The notes beneath the pieces were generated by a model. It worked only from the letters and a program-made list of their open reading frames with translations, was not told the origin of the DNA and made no database searches. This document shows positions 36,870 to 47,631 of a stretch of DNA of 64,000 nt, one piece after another. Each line of letters opens with the position of its first letter. Position 1 is the first letter of the stretch. A program made the translations under genes and the position numbers. Origin of the DNA: Eukaryota sp. GEM-RC1. Taxonomy: Eukaryota. The stretch is from NCBI GenBank assembly GCA_040285855.1, contig JAUFOQ010000004.1, positions 2,728,001 to 2,792,000 on the forward strand, written 5' to 3'.

Positions 36870-39662
36870 CATAGCTGAAAAATACACTTTTGTGTATTTT
36901 TGTATTTTTAGTGTATTTTTGTATTTTTGTAAAATACAACTGTGTCTCAAAAGTGTATTTTTTTGTATTTTTGTATTTTTGTATTTTTTGAACGAATTTC
37001 GCTAGACTTCAACATTTCTCTGATTGTACTATCTAAACCGTTGAAAGCCATGGTTAGTATGTGTAGATCAATCAACTAACGGCATTGGTTCATAAATTTG
37101 ATTCTAGTTGTTGCGGTAACATCTCTGCCACTGCAAATACAGTTGGTAAATTACTTCTCTCAACAATTATGATACAACCCTCTCCTAGTAAAACCCCCCC
37201 TGTCAACTATTCTTTACGTCACGTCAAGGGTGGGAATCCTCTTTGGAGTATGGTTGCTGTCAGCAACCCCAAAGGGACCTCCCAATATGATGTCTTTTGC
37301 TTTGGCTGCCGTTGTGTCTTTCCTAACTCTAACACGACCCGCTTTTCGAAACGTCATCTTCTTGGATGCTCCGGATGGCAGAACACTGTTGAAATTTCTC
37401 AACTTCTCAAATACTGTAACAATAAGCTGGAAGTTAAAAAAAGCAAGGAACTCTCGTCATCTGTACGAAAAAACATCCTCGAGGAAGTTGTTATTTCCGA
37501 GAGCGATGAGGAGTGCACTAACAGCTTCTTCCCCTTAACTGACACCATTGACACCATAGGCAAAGACTTTGCTATGGCTGTTGCAGCCAATGGTTTACCA
37601 CATCAGTTAGTGGATGATCAGTATTTTCGAAAAGCTCTGAAGACTTTTGCGACGGCTCATCGTCAACGTCAAGTACCTAAAGACTACTTAGGCCCCACAC
37701 GGCGTAAATTGTCCTCCGATTATTTGCCTGCCATAGCTGATAAGGTCAGCGCTCTAGTTCGGGACAAATTCTTACCTTCATTGCTGGCATATGGAGCAGA
37801 GATTTCCGTTGATGGTTATTCGACTAAAACCTCTCCCATCCACAATATCATTGTATCTAGCAATGGAAATTCTTTCTACTTGGGTTTTATCCCGTTAGAA
37901 GGTGATTCGGCAAACGCCGAACATATTGCAAAAGTGTTGGACCGCGCTGTTTATCTTCTTCAAACTATGATCTCAATTTACTCTACTGATCCACATCTAC
38001 GTCCTGAGATACTTACCGGGTCACCAAATCTTTATATGTTAGCATTGGATGGAGCTAGTGTCAACAGTTCAGCAAAAGATTTATTCCACTCTGAGGTTCA
38101 GAATGATGCCCCACTTAAACCTCTGTTCCTTCTTTCTCATTGTTTCTCACACTCGTTAAATCTACTTTTAAATGATTAGAATTCAGAACCTTGGATTCAG
38201 AGAATAGTTTCCATGGTGAAAGTTCTTCTGTCTGTTTTCAAAAACCAAAGTAGACCAGCTGCTTGGTTGAAAGAAGCAGGAGGTAAAGTGTTGAGAAGTT
38301 ATCCAGTTACCCGCTTTTGTTATGTTGTGCTCCTCGTTGAAACAATTCTTTGGAATAGGAAATGTTTGCTAAAAGTTGTCGACAAACAAGAGTTTATCTC
38401 AGGAATTCGAAATAATTCATGGCTCAAAGTTTCTGAGATTATCAAGTCAGATGGTTTTTGGCAGGATAGTGAACTGTTTCTTGGAGCTTGTACTCCCATA
38501 GTAAATTTACTGCGGTTGGCTGATACTTGCAGACCGGCATTTCTTTCTTTCGCTCATTTTGCTATGTCATGTCTTTTCGAAGAAGTAAAGAAGGCAATGT
38601 TAAGTGTGTATGAATTCAACCGACATATTTCACTGGAAGAATTCAACGGCCGATATGATAACATCGCTGAACACATTTCGGCTAGACTTATATACGTTTC
38701 AACTGATGCTGTAATGTTTGCACGAATTTTGAATCCAGCGCTCAGGACTAAAAATTTGGCTTATCTCAGCAATCCTCGTCTCTACCAGGGCTTGAAGGAT
38801 TTTCTTGAGAACAATTTTCCAGGAAAACAAGTTCTTTTAGAAAAAGAGTTCCGCAAATTTAGGGAAGATCACATGTTCAAAAGACAATCAGGATACCAAG
38901 CACCTCATAATTGGTGGCTTGATACTGTGGCGTCGTATTTCCCAAACCTTTGTCACATTGCGGCAAGAATCACTTCAGCCACTGGATCAGCCTCACTGAC
39001 CGAGCGTAACTGGTCTTGTTTGGATCTGCAAATGGATAAAAGAAGATCCTCACAAAGTAATGAAACTCTGGATGCTTCACTAAATGTTCAGTTCAATCTT
39101 CCTCAGCTGGAAAAACAGGTTGATGGTTTTACTGGAGTGGAGATGAGAGACATCCATGTAATGAAGAGGGAACAAGTTTTTATGATGGCAAGACAATGGT
39201 GTAATAGAAGGTCAGAAATAGACGAATATCTAAGAGACATGGATGCATTGCCGGACGGAATCGATATTGTAGAAGGATTGTCACTATCAGAAGAAGACGT
39301 TGAACTAGATCAAAGAGTTGTGGTTGTTCATCCTTCACCTGAAAGACAAGAAGAAGATGAAGATCCTTTAGCGGAACTTGTTGATAACAACAGTAGTGAT
39401 CTAATAATGAATTGTTTCTCCCCTGATGCTGGAAAGCCACGGCGTAAAAATAGATCACGTATTATGAAGATGAGAGAAGACGAAAATCTGTTAGAAAGTA
39501 GCATATTCCAATAATTTGAGCAACAAACAACAAATAGTTATTGTTTTTAATAAATGAATTTTTATTACTTGTATTTTTGTATTTTTGTGTGTATTTTTGT
39601 ATTTTTGTATTTTTGTATTTTTGTATTTTTCAAACACGTGTTGGTTGTATTTGACAGCTATG
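36870..39662 (+). mobile_element. Full-length hAT transposon
   Basis: TIR CATAGCTGAAAAATACA / TGTATTTGACAGCTATG, 8-bp TSD CTTTGGTT, TGTATTTT subterminal repeats. Confidence 0.93.
37169..39514 (+). pseudogene. hAT transposase with a single in-frame TAG at 38177-38179
   Basis: BED-like CFGC...HL..C, SVDGY, LDGAS, HCFSHSLNL, VTRF, NWW...FPNL, SASLTERNWS. ORFs 37085 and 38213 are in the same frame. Confidence 0.88.
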
Positions 39663-39903
39663 CTTTGGTTGCATATTCTGTGATTTTCTTTTCAAATGGA
39701 TAATCTCACTTATCCACACCCGATCCACATCGAACTTTTTTTCCACTAAATGTCACTCCCGGTGACATCGTACATCTGCAGTTAACGACTGCACGTTCTT
39801 TCTTATCATATCTGACTGTTTTCAATACCATAAACCTCGTTTTCACATCAATGTCTTTTTGCTGATAGATAAAATCCCATTTTCGTACCCATAGCTTGAC
39901 TTT

Positions 39904-40967
39904 ATGCACCCCCCAAACACTAGTTTTGATGACCTTCTTAATTTCTCTGTCCAGCGTCGGCACAAAGGAATTGTCACTCACCACTTACCGGGTACAACTA
40001 CTGACTTAGACGTTTTCCCTCAAGAATCTACACCTACTGACTTAGACGTTTTCCCTCAAGAATCTACACCTACTGACTTAGACGTTTTCCCTCAAGAATT
40101 TACCGAAGACCACACTGAGTCGCCAGAACTAGTTACATCAGTCTCTGGTGGTAATCTCACCTGGAATAAGGTAGTATATTTTAACCATCTTGAGGTTCAC
40201 ATGTGTTTCTCCCTGTATAAAGGCTCTTCACGGTTTTTTTGCTGAAGATATTCGAGACCTATATTACAGGCAGAAAAGTGATGTAACAATTCACGACTTG
40301 GGTTGCTTACTTACTTCTTTGTTCAAGTCCCTAGCAAAAACCAATGATGTGATCTTTATTGAAGATGCAGATATTACTTTTACAGGAAGAAGAAAAGTGT
40401 CAGACAACTGGCGCCAACAATCAAAATTTCATGATGCTGTGTTGCAGAAGTGGATTTCGGACCTCGAGAACGTTCAAGATCCAGTACTTTATCTCCGGAT
40501 TACGAGCGAATCTGCCAAGAAGGCTTATAACGAATACGTAGAGCAGACAGTCAGAAGGAATAGAAGAATAGTGTCAGTTGAAGATCTACAGTGCCGGTTC
40601 CCAACATTAAGTTTACCATTGGAGCAATGGATGAAATGGAAGAATATGTATGAAAGTGGAGAAATTGATGACTTTTCGTCTGTACCATCAGAAATTGTGC
40701 GTTTTCGGCAATTGTTGCCTGATACTCACCACCAAGTAGCGGTCAGACGCAGCGCCAAAAATTGTACAATGGTTAAGCCGTGCAATGAAGAAGTATGATG
40801 AGGACAAGCAAGAATATGAAAATGTGGTACGAAAAAGGTTGTTCTCAGAACTAATTGAGTTCATAGACATTGATGAATTGGCCCCTCCTGTTCCGACTGT
40901 ATTATCTGAAGGTATTGGACGTAATCTGTCCAATACAGATAATGATCCAAACAGTCATAATATTTAA
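39904..40967 (+). pseudogene. Partner family member 2, frameshifted
   Basis: ORFs 39904, 40190 and 40785 carry LQKWI, RRIVSVEDLQ..FP, WMKW..MY, VPSEIVRF and C-terminal DPNSH. Confidence 0.6.
39998..40100 (+). repeat. 36-bp tandem repeat x~3 (TDLDVFPQESTP)
   Basis: CTACTGACTTAGACGTTTTCCCTCAAGAAT(CTACAC) three times. Confidence 0.9.
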
Positions 40968-41242
40968 AACTTATAGTATTGAGTACAACTAAATTTATAA
41001 ACTCCATTGAATACTAATAGAATCTCACAAAAACTTCTTAAACTAGTCCAGATTTGACGAAGCCACCGTGAGATAGTGGACTGAGAAACACAGTAGAAAC
41101 TGCTGAGTTCTTCTTGAGCTGTGCGTAAAAATTGATAAACTACGCAACATCGAACAGTTGTGTCTTCAGAAGCATGTGCTTTAAGTGATTGAAGTTCTTG
41201 TAAACTTTTCAGGGTGTCGAGGTCATCAAAAGAAAGTGGCAT
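40964..41242 (-). CDS. HTH-only derivative of the IS630-like transposase
   Basis: MPLSFD...HASEDTTVR...Q...VSQSTISRW, with no DDE domain. Confidence 0.6.
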   Translation of the reverse strand: MPLSFDDLDTLKSLQELQSLKAHASEDTTVRCCVVYQFLRTAQEELSSFYCVSQSTISRWLRQIWTSLRSFCEILLVFNGVYKFSCTQYYKF

Positions 41243-41725
41243 TGGGTTCAGAAACTTGCAGGCCAATCTTATAAGTTTCCAACATGGAGAATTTGTGGAG
41301 TTCCCAAATAGGTAGGAAATGGCGAGAAGTGCAAAGCAGAGCATTTACAGAACAATAAAGATGACGCGTATGTCTGTTTGGCTGGAATTGTGATGTCTTG
41401 ATGTTGTCAGTGAAATAATTGTCAACGAAGATACGCAGAAGATACACTAGTTGTTTATTATACAAGAAAGAGAATCAAAGACGAAGGAGTAACAATGTCT
41501 ACGAGGAGATATTGGCATTTGACATTTGTATTGGCTATACGTCGTCAGCAAATGTCACTAGCATTCGTTTTGGGGAGTCACAGAGCTCTAAAAGAACGAG
41601 AAGTACCAGAGTGTGGCTTCGTTGTGGATATGAGTTTGGATGATGAAAATGTGGATGTGGATGTGGATTTTATTCACACTGAAAGCAAAACACTTGTGAA
41701 TTCACTTTTTGACGCATAAATTCTT

Positions 41726-42559
41726 ATGAACACCACTGATTCACCACCAGAGCTATCTCGTCAACCTTTCGAAAACTCGTTATCTTTCTCCGTCGATTTG
41801 AGATACTACTTCTATAAAGGAGGTGGAGAGTTTCTATCAGCAATCACTCCTCTATATTACACGTCTTTGCAGCAAATTACCACAGATACTGTTGCCCGTG
41901 TCTTACTTGAACATTACAGGACAACAGTGACTGAAGGTAACCTTCCACTACACCCTGACGCAGTTCTTCAAGTCTCGTTCAAAAGTGGAGGTCAGTACAG
42001 GGTAGTAAAATCCGACACGCTTCAACAATGGATACAGATACAATCTGATCAAGAAAGAGAGTTCGCCTTTTCAGCCAAGGTGAATCCACGCAATATCAAC
42101 AAGGCTCACCATGATCAAAATAATGCCAGCGTCCAAGCAACTCAGAGACGGTCCATTACCGTTGATGAGTTGAAAGCTCAAAATCCTGGCTTGTTGGCAG
42201 TAGAATCTGCATGGTCCACTTGGGCCCATATGTACGGTACCGGTACTGCTGAAGTATCTGTCTTTCCTGCTGAATTGGTGAGGTTCTTTTCCACCGTTGC
42301 TCCTGACTCCAACATTCACGATGACAGCTTATCAAACGAAGTAGTTCAGTTTATGTCCAGAAAGCTCCTGGAAATGGACACTCAATTGGAGAGAGTGGTT
42401 CATTCGCTTAGAGATCAGTTATTCCGAGAAGTCCACTCTTATATTGACGTCAAAAGAAAACGTCCATCATCTGTTGCACTTTTGGGCCCAGGACCTTCAA
42501 GAAATTTTGATGAGATTGAAGGTGCAGATGATCCCCATGCTCTTAACTTAAACTCTTAA
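41726..42559 (+). CDS. Partner family member 3, intact 277 aa
   Basis: ATG-initiated uninterrupted ORF converging on the transposase, with AATAAA motifs in the 40-bp gap. Confidence 0.8.
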   Translation: MNTTDSPPELSRQPFENSLSFSVDLRYYFYKGGGEFLSAITPLYYTSLQQITTDTVARVLLEHYRTTVTEGNLPLHPDAVLQVSFKSGGQYRVVKSDTLQQWIQIQSDQEREFAFSAKVNPRNINKAHHDQNNASVQATQRRSITVDELKAQNPGLLAVESAWSTWAHMYGTGTAEVSVFPAELVRFFSTVAPDSNIHDDSLSNEVVQFMSRKLLEMDTQLERVVHSLRDQLFREVHSYIDVKRKRPSSVALLGPGPSRNFDEIEGADDPHALNLNS

Positions 42560-42598
42560 AAGTAGTATTGATTATTTAATAAAAGCAATTAATAAAAC

Positions 42599-43695
42599 CT
42601 ATTCAACAAATTTTAACAAGCGTTGTACTCGTTTTCCTGATAAATATGGTGAGCTGTAATATTTGCCTTGAAACCAACCAGAATGTTCAAACATAGCTGA
42701 GCAGTTGTAAGTCATCTGAGTAAGAATGGTTTGCAATTTTTGGAATGTTGGTACGTTTGGATGTAAATGCGAGAAATCTCTAACACGGCAGCGGAATTGA
42801 CGAAAAAACTGTTCTATTGGATTAGATTCAGGAGAATATGGTGGGAGTATCCAATACAGCGCCCCTGTTTTTCTAATCCCCTCAATAAGATCCGGGGAAA
42901 TATGAAACTTGCATCCATCTAGGACAAGAATACTTCTTCTACCACCAAAAGTAGAAATGAGACGGGAAGTAATCATATCTTGTAGAAACTGTACAAAACC
43001 ATGCCTATTGAAATGACCTTCTTGAATAACATGTGCAACATAGCCGTTTACATCGATAGCTACAATGAGAGAAATTTGGGCTTCTCTTACAGGAACAGCT
43101 GGTACCACAACAGGAGATCCTACAGGAGATCTACCGTGGCTTCTTTGAAAATGTTCCGAACGGAAAGAGAGTTCGTCAATGAACAGGAGTTGTTCCTGGT
43201 AAATCACACCAATATTCCGTCTCAGACTAGACTCAAAGGCCATTATTAGTCTAGCTTTGGCCTTTCGTAAAACAGTTGTTATTGTTTTTCGTGTGTACTT
43301 GTACTTCACGAATATTTTATGGATAGACGAAGTACAAATGCTACGTCTGTCAAATGAAATACATACGAGACTTTTGACTTCCCGCAAAAGAGCAAGGGAT
43401 CCTGCTCAACAAGATTGAGTACATAAGATTCGATTGTTCCAGGTAAAGGGTGAGAAACAGAGGATGAGGGTGAAACCGCTACTTCGTCTTGAGCACTGTC
43501 GAGTTTCTTAAAGTATATACCAGTCCATCGACTGAGAGTCGATTGGTGGCAATGAAAGAATTTGCTCACAGACTGTTGAGTTTCACCGAGAAACAGATGA
43601 GTATATACAGCCCTGACTTTGGTATCCTCAGAGGCAGTGGTCCGGAGGAGTCTCAAGTCAACTCCAGTGAGAAGAATGTCGAAGGAAAAGGGCAT
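42599..43695 (-). pseudogene. IS630/Tc1-mariner-like DDE transposase, one frameshift at ~43387
   Basis: MPFSFDILL...ASEDTKVRA...QSTLSRW, then LLFIDE, LVLDG..FH and LPPYSPESNPIE. Catalytic residues are present. Confidence 0.88.
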
Positions 43696-43846
43696 GAAGT
43701 TGTTTATTGTTAGATGGTGGTGATAAAAAAAAACGAAAGTGAAATTATGCCACCAAAACGCACACCACAAACAGTTGGTGGTAAAATTTTTCTCACCAGC
43801 CACATGCACATCTTTCACCAACCCAAATTTCCTTGGTTATCCATCA

Positions 43847-43996
43847 ATGGGACTTACTTTTGAGATGCTATTACAAGGAGTTGACTTAAAACAACTCAGT
43901 CGACGTCCATCTGAAGATACGAAGACCAGGCCCGTCTACACTCACCTCATCTTAGGTGAAAGCCAAGATGCAGTTGCGAGATGTATAAAGGTCTGA
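43847..43996 (+). CDS. 49-aa mini-ORF homologous to the transposase N-terminus
   Basis: MGLTFEMLLQGVDLKQLSRRPSEDTKTRPVYTHLILGESQDAVARCIKV*. Confidence 0.55.
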   Translation: MGLTFEMLLQGVDLKQLSRRPSEDTKTRPVYTHLILGESQDAVARCIKV

Positions 43997-44088
43997 TCCG
44001 CATTTTAGACCTTCACATTTTAGACCTAACATCTTCCCTCATCTCCCTCGCCTTCTCTTCCGTTCTTGAAGACTTCTTTTACATCACA

Positions 44089-44232
44089 ATGTGTTTGACT
44101 TGGGATCTTCTTCATTCACACGAAGATTTTCGATCTCTTCCCCGAAAACCCTCAGAAGACTCAAAAGTACGTGCTGTATGGAGGTATTTGTTCTTAGGAC
44201 TTAGTCAAGAAGATACTGCCAGGATCTTCTGA
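44089..44232 (+). CDS. 47-aa mini-ORF homologous to the transposase N-terminus
   Basis: MCLTWDLLHSHEDFRSLPRKPSEDSKVRAVWRYLFLGLSQEDTARIF*. Confidence 0.55.
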   Translation: MCLTWDLLHSHEDFRSLPRKPSEDSKVRAVWRYLFLGLSQEDTARIF

Positions 44233-44235
44233 AAT

Positions 44236-44767
44236 ACAAAATTTGTAGTGACAACATTTGTAACTACAACATTTGTAATGACAACATTTGTAACTACAAC
44301 ATTTGTAATGACAACATTTGTAACTACAACATTTGTAATGACAACATTTGTAATGACAACATTTGTAACTACAACATTTGTAATGACATTCTATTAGTCC
44401 TGCTGGTGATCAATTTTTCAAGGATTTCGAAGAATTGTGTAAAGAAAAGAAGCGTAAGTTTAGAATGGCTGAATGGAAAAACCGTATAGTGTTTTCCATA
44501 TATCGGAATATGCCTTTCTATTTCTCTAGATTAATTGAGAAATTGTACAAGTTTGGTGTGAAGGTTAATGTTGATAAACGTAATCTTTTACCGGGTGGTG
44601 ATGAAGTCGTTTGGATTTAATCTTAGTATTATTTGTTTGTTTTTACAATTTCATAGTTTGTAGGAAGGTTACCTTATTGGGTGCCGAATAAACATCTTTC
44701 CTTTTTGTAATGACAACATTTGTAACTACAACATTTGTAATGACAACATTTGTAATGACAACATTTG
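44236..44767. repeat. Two arrays of a 15-bp minisatellite ACAACATTTGTA(ATG/ACT), 44236-44388 and 44704-44767
   Basis: About 10 and 4 directly abutting units with no spacers. Confidence 0.9.
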
Positions 44768-45090
44768 GTGAGAATCAATCTCAATCAACGTGTCGTATGT
44801 GTATTGAATTGTTGTTGCTCATAATTTTTTCTATATATAATGTCGTTAAACACAATCAATAAAATATACAACCTCAGTTTATGAAACTTAACTAACACTA
44901 CTGTATTCCCCCATCACCCTCGCAAACATCACAGCCAACGAAAACGACTCCTTATATCCAATCCCGCAACAATACTCACACATCACTTCACGAAATTCAT
45001 CCAATATTCCCAAACACTGTTCATCACACATCACTTCATCATTTAAATCTAATATCGACACAACAAAAGTATTGGTCAACGACAAAATAT

Positions 45091-47631
45091 TATAGATGGG
45101 AGCCGGCTCAAATTTTGCTCACGGCTCAGCTGCAGGTACTAGTTAGCCGGCTATGGCTTCCAACATAGTTTAGCCGGCTCAAGCCGGCTTTAGCCGGCTC
45201 AGCCGCAATGAGTTTGATGTAGATTTATTGTTTAACTGTTTTGTCAAAGCATATGCTTTCAGTGTCTTCTCTTTGATAGATTTGTTTTATGTGGTTCATT
45301 ATTGTTATACATAAATTCTACCCTATTCTTCAATTATCGCTACTCTACTCATCGTCTTTCTGATCTTCTTCGTTCAAAAGCCAGCACCGCAAACACATTA
45401 ATGCAGTTACCGTGGTGTCATCTAACCGGGAACGCTTCTTAGTTATTACGTTACCAGTTTGTGAAAACAATCGTTCACTACTAACGGAGGTCGCTTGAAC
45501 AGCTAACATATCCCTTGCAAATTTGCTCATCAGAGGAAAGTTTTCAGAGTTTACTCTCCACCAATCTAAGGGATTGTCATTCTCGGCCGAAAACATAGAA
45601 AGATACGTATCTAACTCCTTTTCAACTGATAGATCCTCAGAGTCAGAACGTTCATCTGTGGTACTGTTCTGGGACACAGATTCTTTGATGATCTTAAGCT
45701 TAGCTCTGAAGGATTTGGTCTTCTTTCTCACTTCTCTTCCTCCATTTTCACTGCTATACTCCTCCTGAAGGCGTGTTAATAGCAGATGTCTAACTTCCTG
45801 CAAGTTCACATGCGTTGGCCACATTAAAGGACTTAACTTGATAGACGGATCCATCACAGTTGCAATCTTGGTCGTGTCATTCAGTACATTGGCATCGTAC
45901 TTAGCAATGATTTTCTTCATAAAGATGCTACAAAAACCGGTTACTTTGTTTGGATATACCTCACTCAATTCCTGCATCTTTTTGTGCAGGTCTGACTTCC
46001 GGCGAATATTCTCCAATTCTGCCAAATTGCTGTTTAGTACTCCTTGGCCAAATTTGGCAATTTCAACATCTAGCACTTCTTTTATGGTTTCCCAATACAG
46101 AATTGTATGGGAAATTGTCACGTCAGATGCAGATGAAAGATCGGTTGTGATATCATAGAATGGTTTCAACAGTTTCAACAGCTTTGACAATGTTACTGTT
46201 TCAAAGTCAGATAATATTAGTTCAGTAATTTGCTCATTTTGTAAGAAGTAATTAATGATAGCCAACTGGTCGTGATACGTTTTTAGCATGAGATATGTAC
46301 TATTCCAGCGAGTAGGAACGTCAGAGGGAATTCTTTGAAATTTTTGCCTGTGTCTTTGGCGCAAGTTTTGAGCTTTTCATTCAATGAACTGGACATATGG
46401 GTTTTAGACGTCAATTTTTGAATCTTAAGTATACTGGCTTGTATAAAGGGCAATCCATTCTGGACCATGATGTTTAAAACATGAGCAAAGCATCGCTGAT
46501 TTTCAGACCTTTCGTTCAGTAAATCAACTGCATTCACAATGTTCCCAGCATTGTCAGTTGTCCATGATTGTGTCTTGGTTTGAAGCCCATAATCAGCAAT
46601 AATGGTGTTCAGTTTCGCTGAAATCATTTCTGCGGTATGCGGAAAAGGCAAGTAAGAGATATCGAGAGTGCATGTAAGTAGCTCATATGCGTCATTAATG
46701 TAGTGGCCTACGACAGAAATATAGGGTGTCCCATTATTTGAAGTCCACAAATCGGACGTAAGAGACATCTTCGAAGTGTTAAGTGCCAGCGTTTCTTGAA
46801 GCAATAACTTTTTTTGTGCGAATAAATTCAATATCGTATCCGTAATCGTTTTTCTGCACGGTAGACTCACAGACGGTTCGTAAAACTGAAGGATCTTCAA
46901 GAGAGTTGGAGATTCAATGTACGACAATGGATGTTGATCAGCAAGAATATGATCAACAATGAGAGGAATTACTCCACTTGGATCTTTTTTGAAGGAGCGT
47001 TCTGTTGGCTGAAGATATTCAGTTATTTGTCGACTCTTTTTAAGGGGAGGAACTTCAGATTCATAGAGCTTATTATGGTGCTTTCTCACATGAGAACGCA
47101 AGTTACCTGTGGCTGTCGATGACTTGTAGCGCTTAGAGACACAAAATTTACATTCGATGGTTTCAGTACGCACTTCTATATCACCATTTGGGAGTTTCTT
47201 GGCCGCCTGTTGGAAGAAAGGAGCAATATCTTTGGGAAGAGGCTTGAGGAGTTCTAAGGAAACTATGTCGTTGGAAGAGTTGCTTTGAGATACTTCTATA
47301 GGTTCTTCATTGTCAGAGACCAAAGTAATGTCCATTGCAAATTGATGTGAAGAATGTAAACTGCTGATTATTGTGCTAATGTTGATAAAGATTATTTTTA
47401 TAGAAATTCTTTAGTTTTAATATTTAATGTCCTGCAATGTTATGTTTGTATCAATTCATGAACGAATTATAAATATTTCAGCTGTCAAAAATGAAATTTC
47501 AATAATCGGCTTGAGCCGGCTAAAAGTTATTTGAGCCAGCCGGCTTGCAGCTGGAAATATTTCAATTTGGGACAGCCGGCTGGCTCGGCTAGCCAGCTGA
47601 GCCGGCTAAATTTAGCCGGCTCCCATCTCTA
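45091..47631 (-). mobile_element. Ac-like hAT transposon inserted in the Pif1 gene
   Basis: TIR TATAGATGGGAGCCGGCT / AGCCGGCTCCCATCTCTA, 8-bp TSD CAAAATAT, AGCCGGCT subterminal repeats. Confidence 0.93.
45345..47335 (-). pseudogene. hAT (Ac-like) transposase with BED finger, one frameshift
   Basis: CKFC...NLRSHVRKHH, LTSDLWTS, TTDNAGN, RCFAHVLN, DVPTRWNST, PLDWW...FP, QATSVSSERLFS. Confidence 0.92.

Noticed and set aside
38177..38179. In-frame TAG/TAA codons within long frames (38177, 55082, 56257, 56800) hinting at stop-codon reassignment
   Set aside because: Too few cases, all in mobile elements. TAG and TAA end other genes at expected positions (Arf, both hAT transposases, SET), and long ORFs lack internal TAR codons. 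Point mutation or compensating frameshifts suffice.
44236..44767. Possible CRISPR-like array
   Set aside because: Units abut with no unique spacers, there are no cas genes, and the context is eukaryotic.
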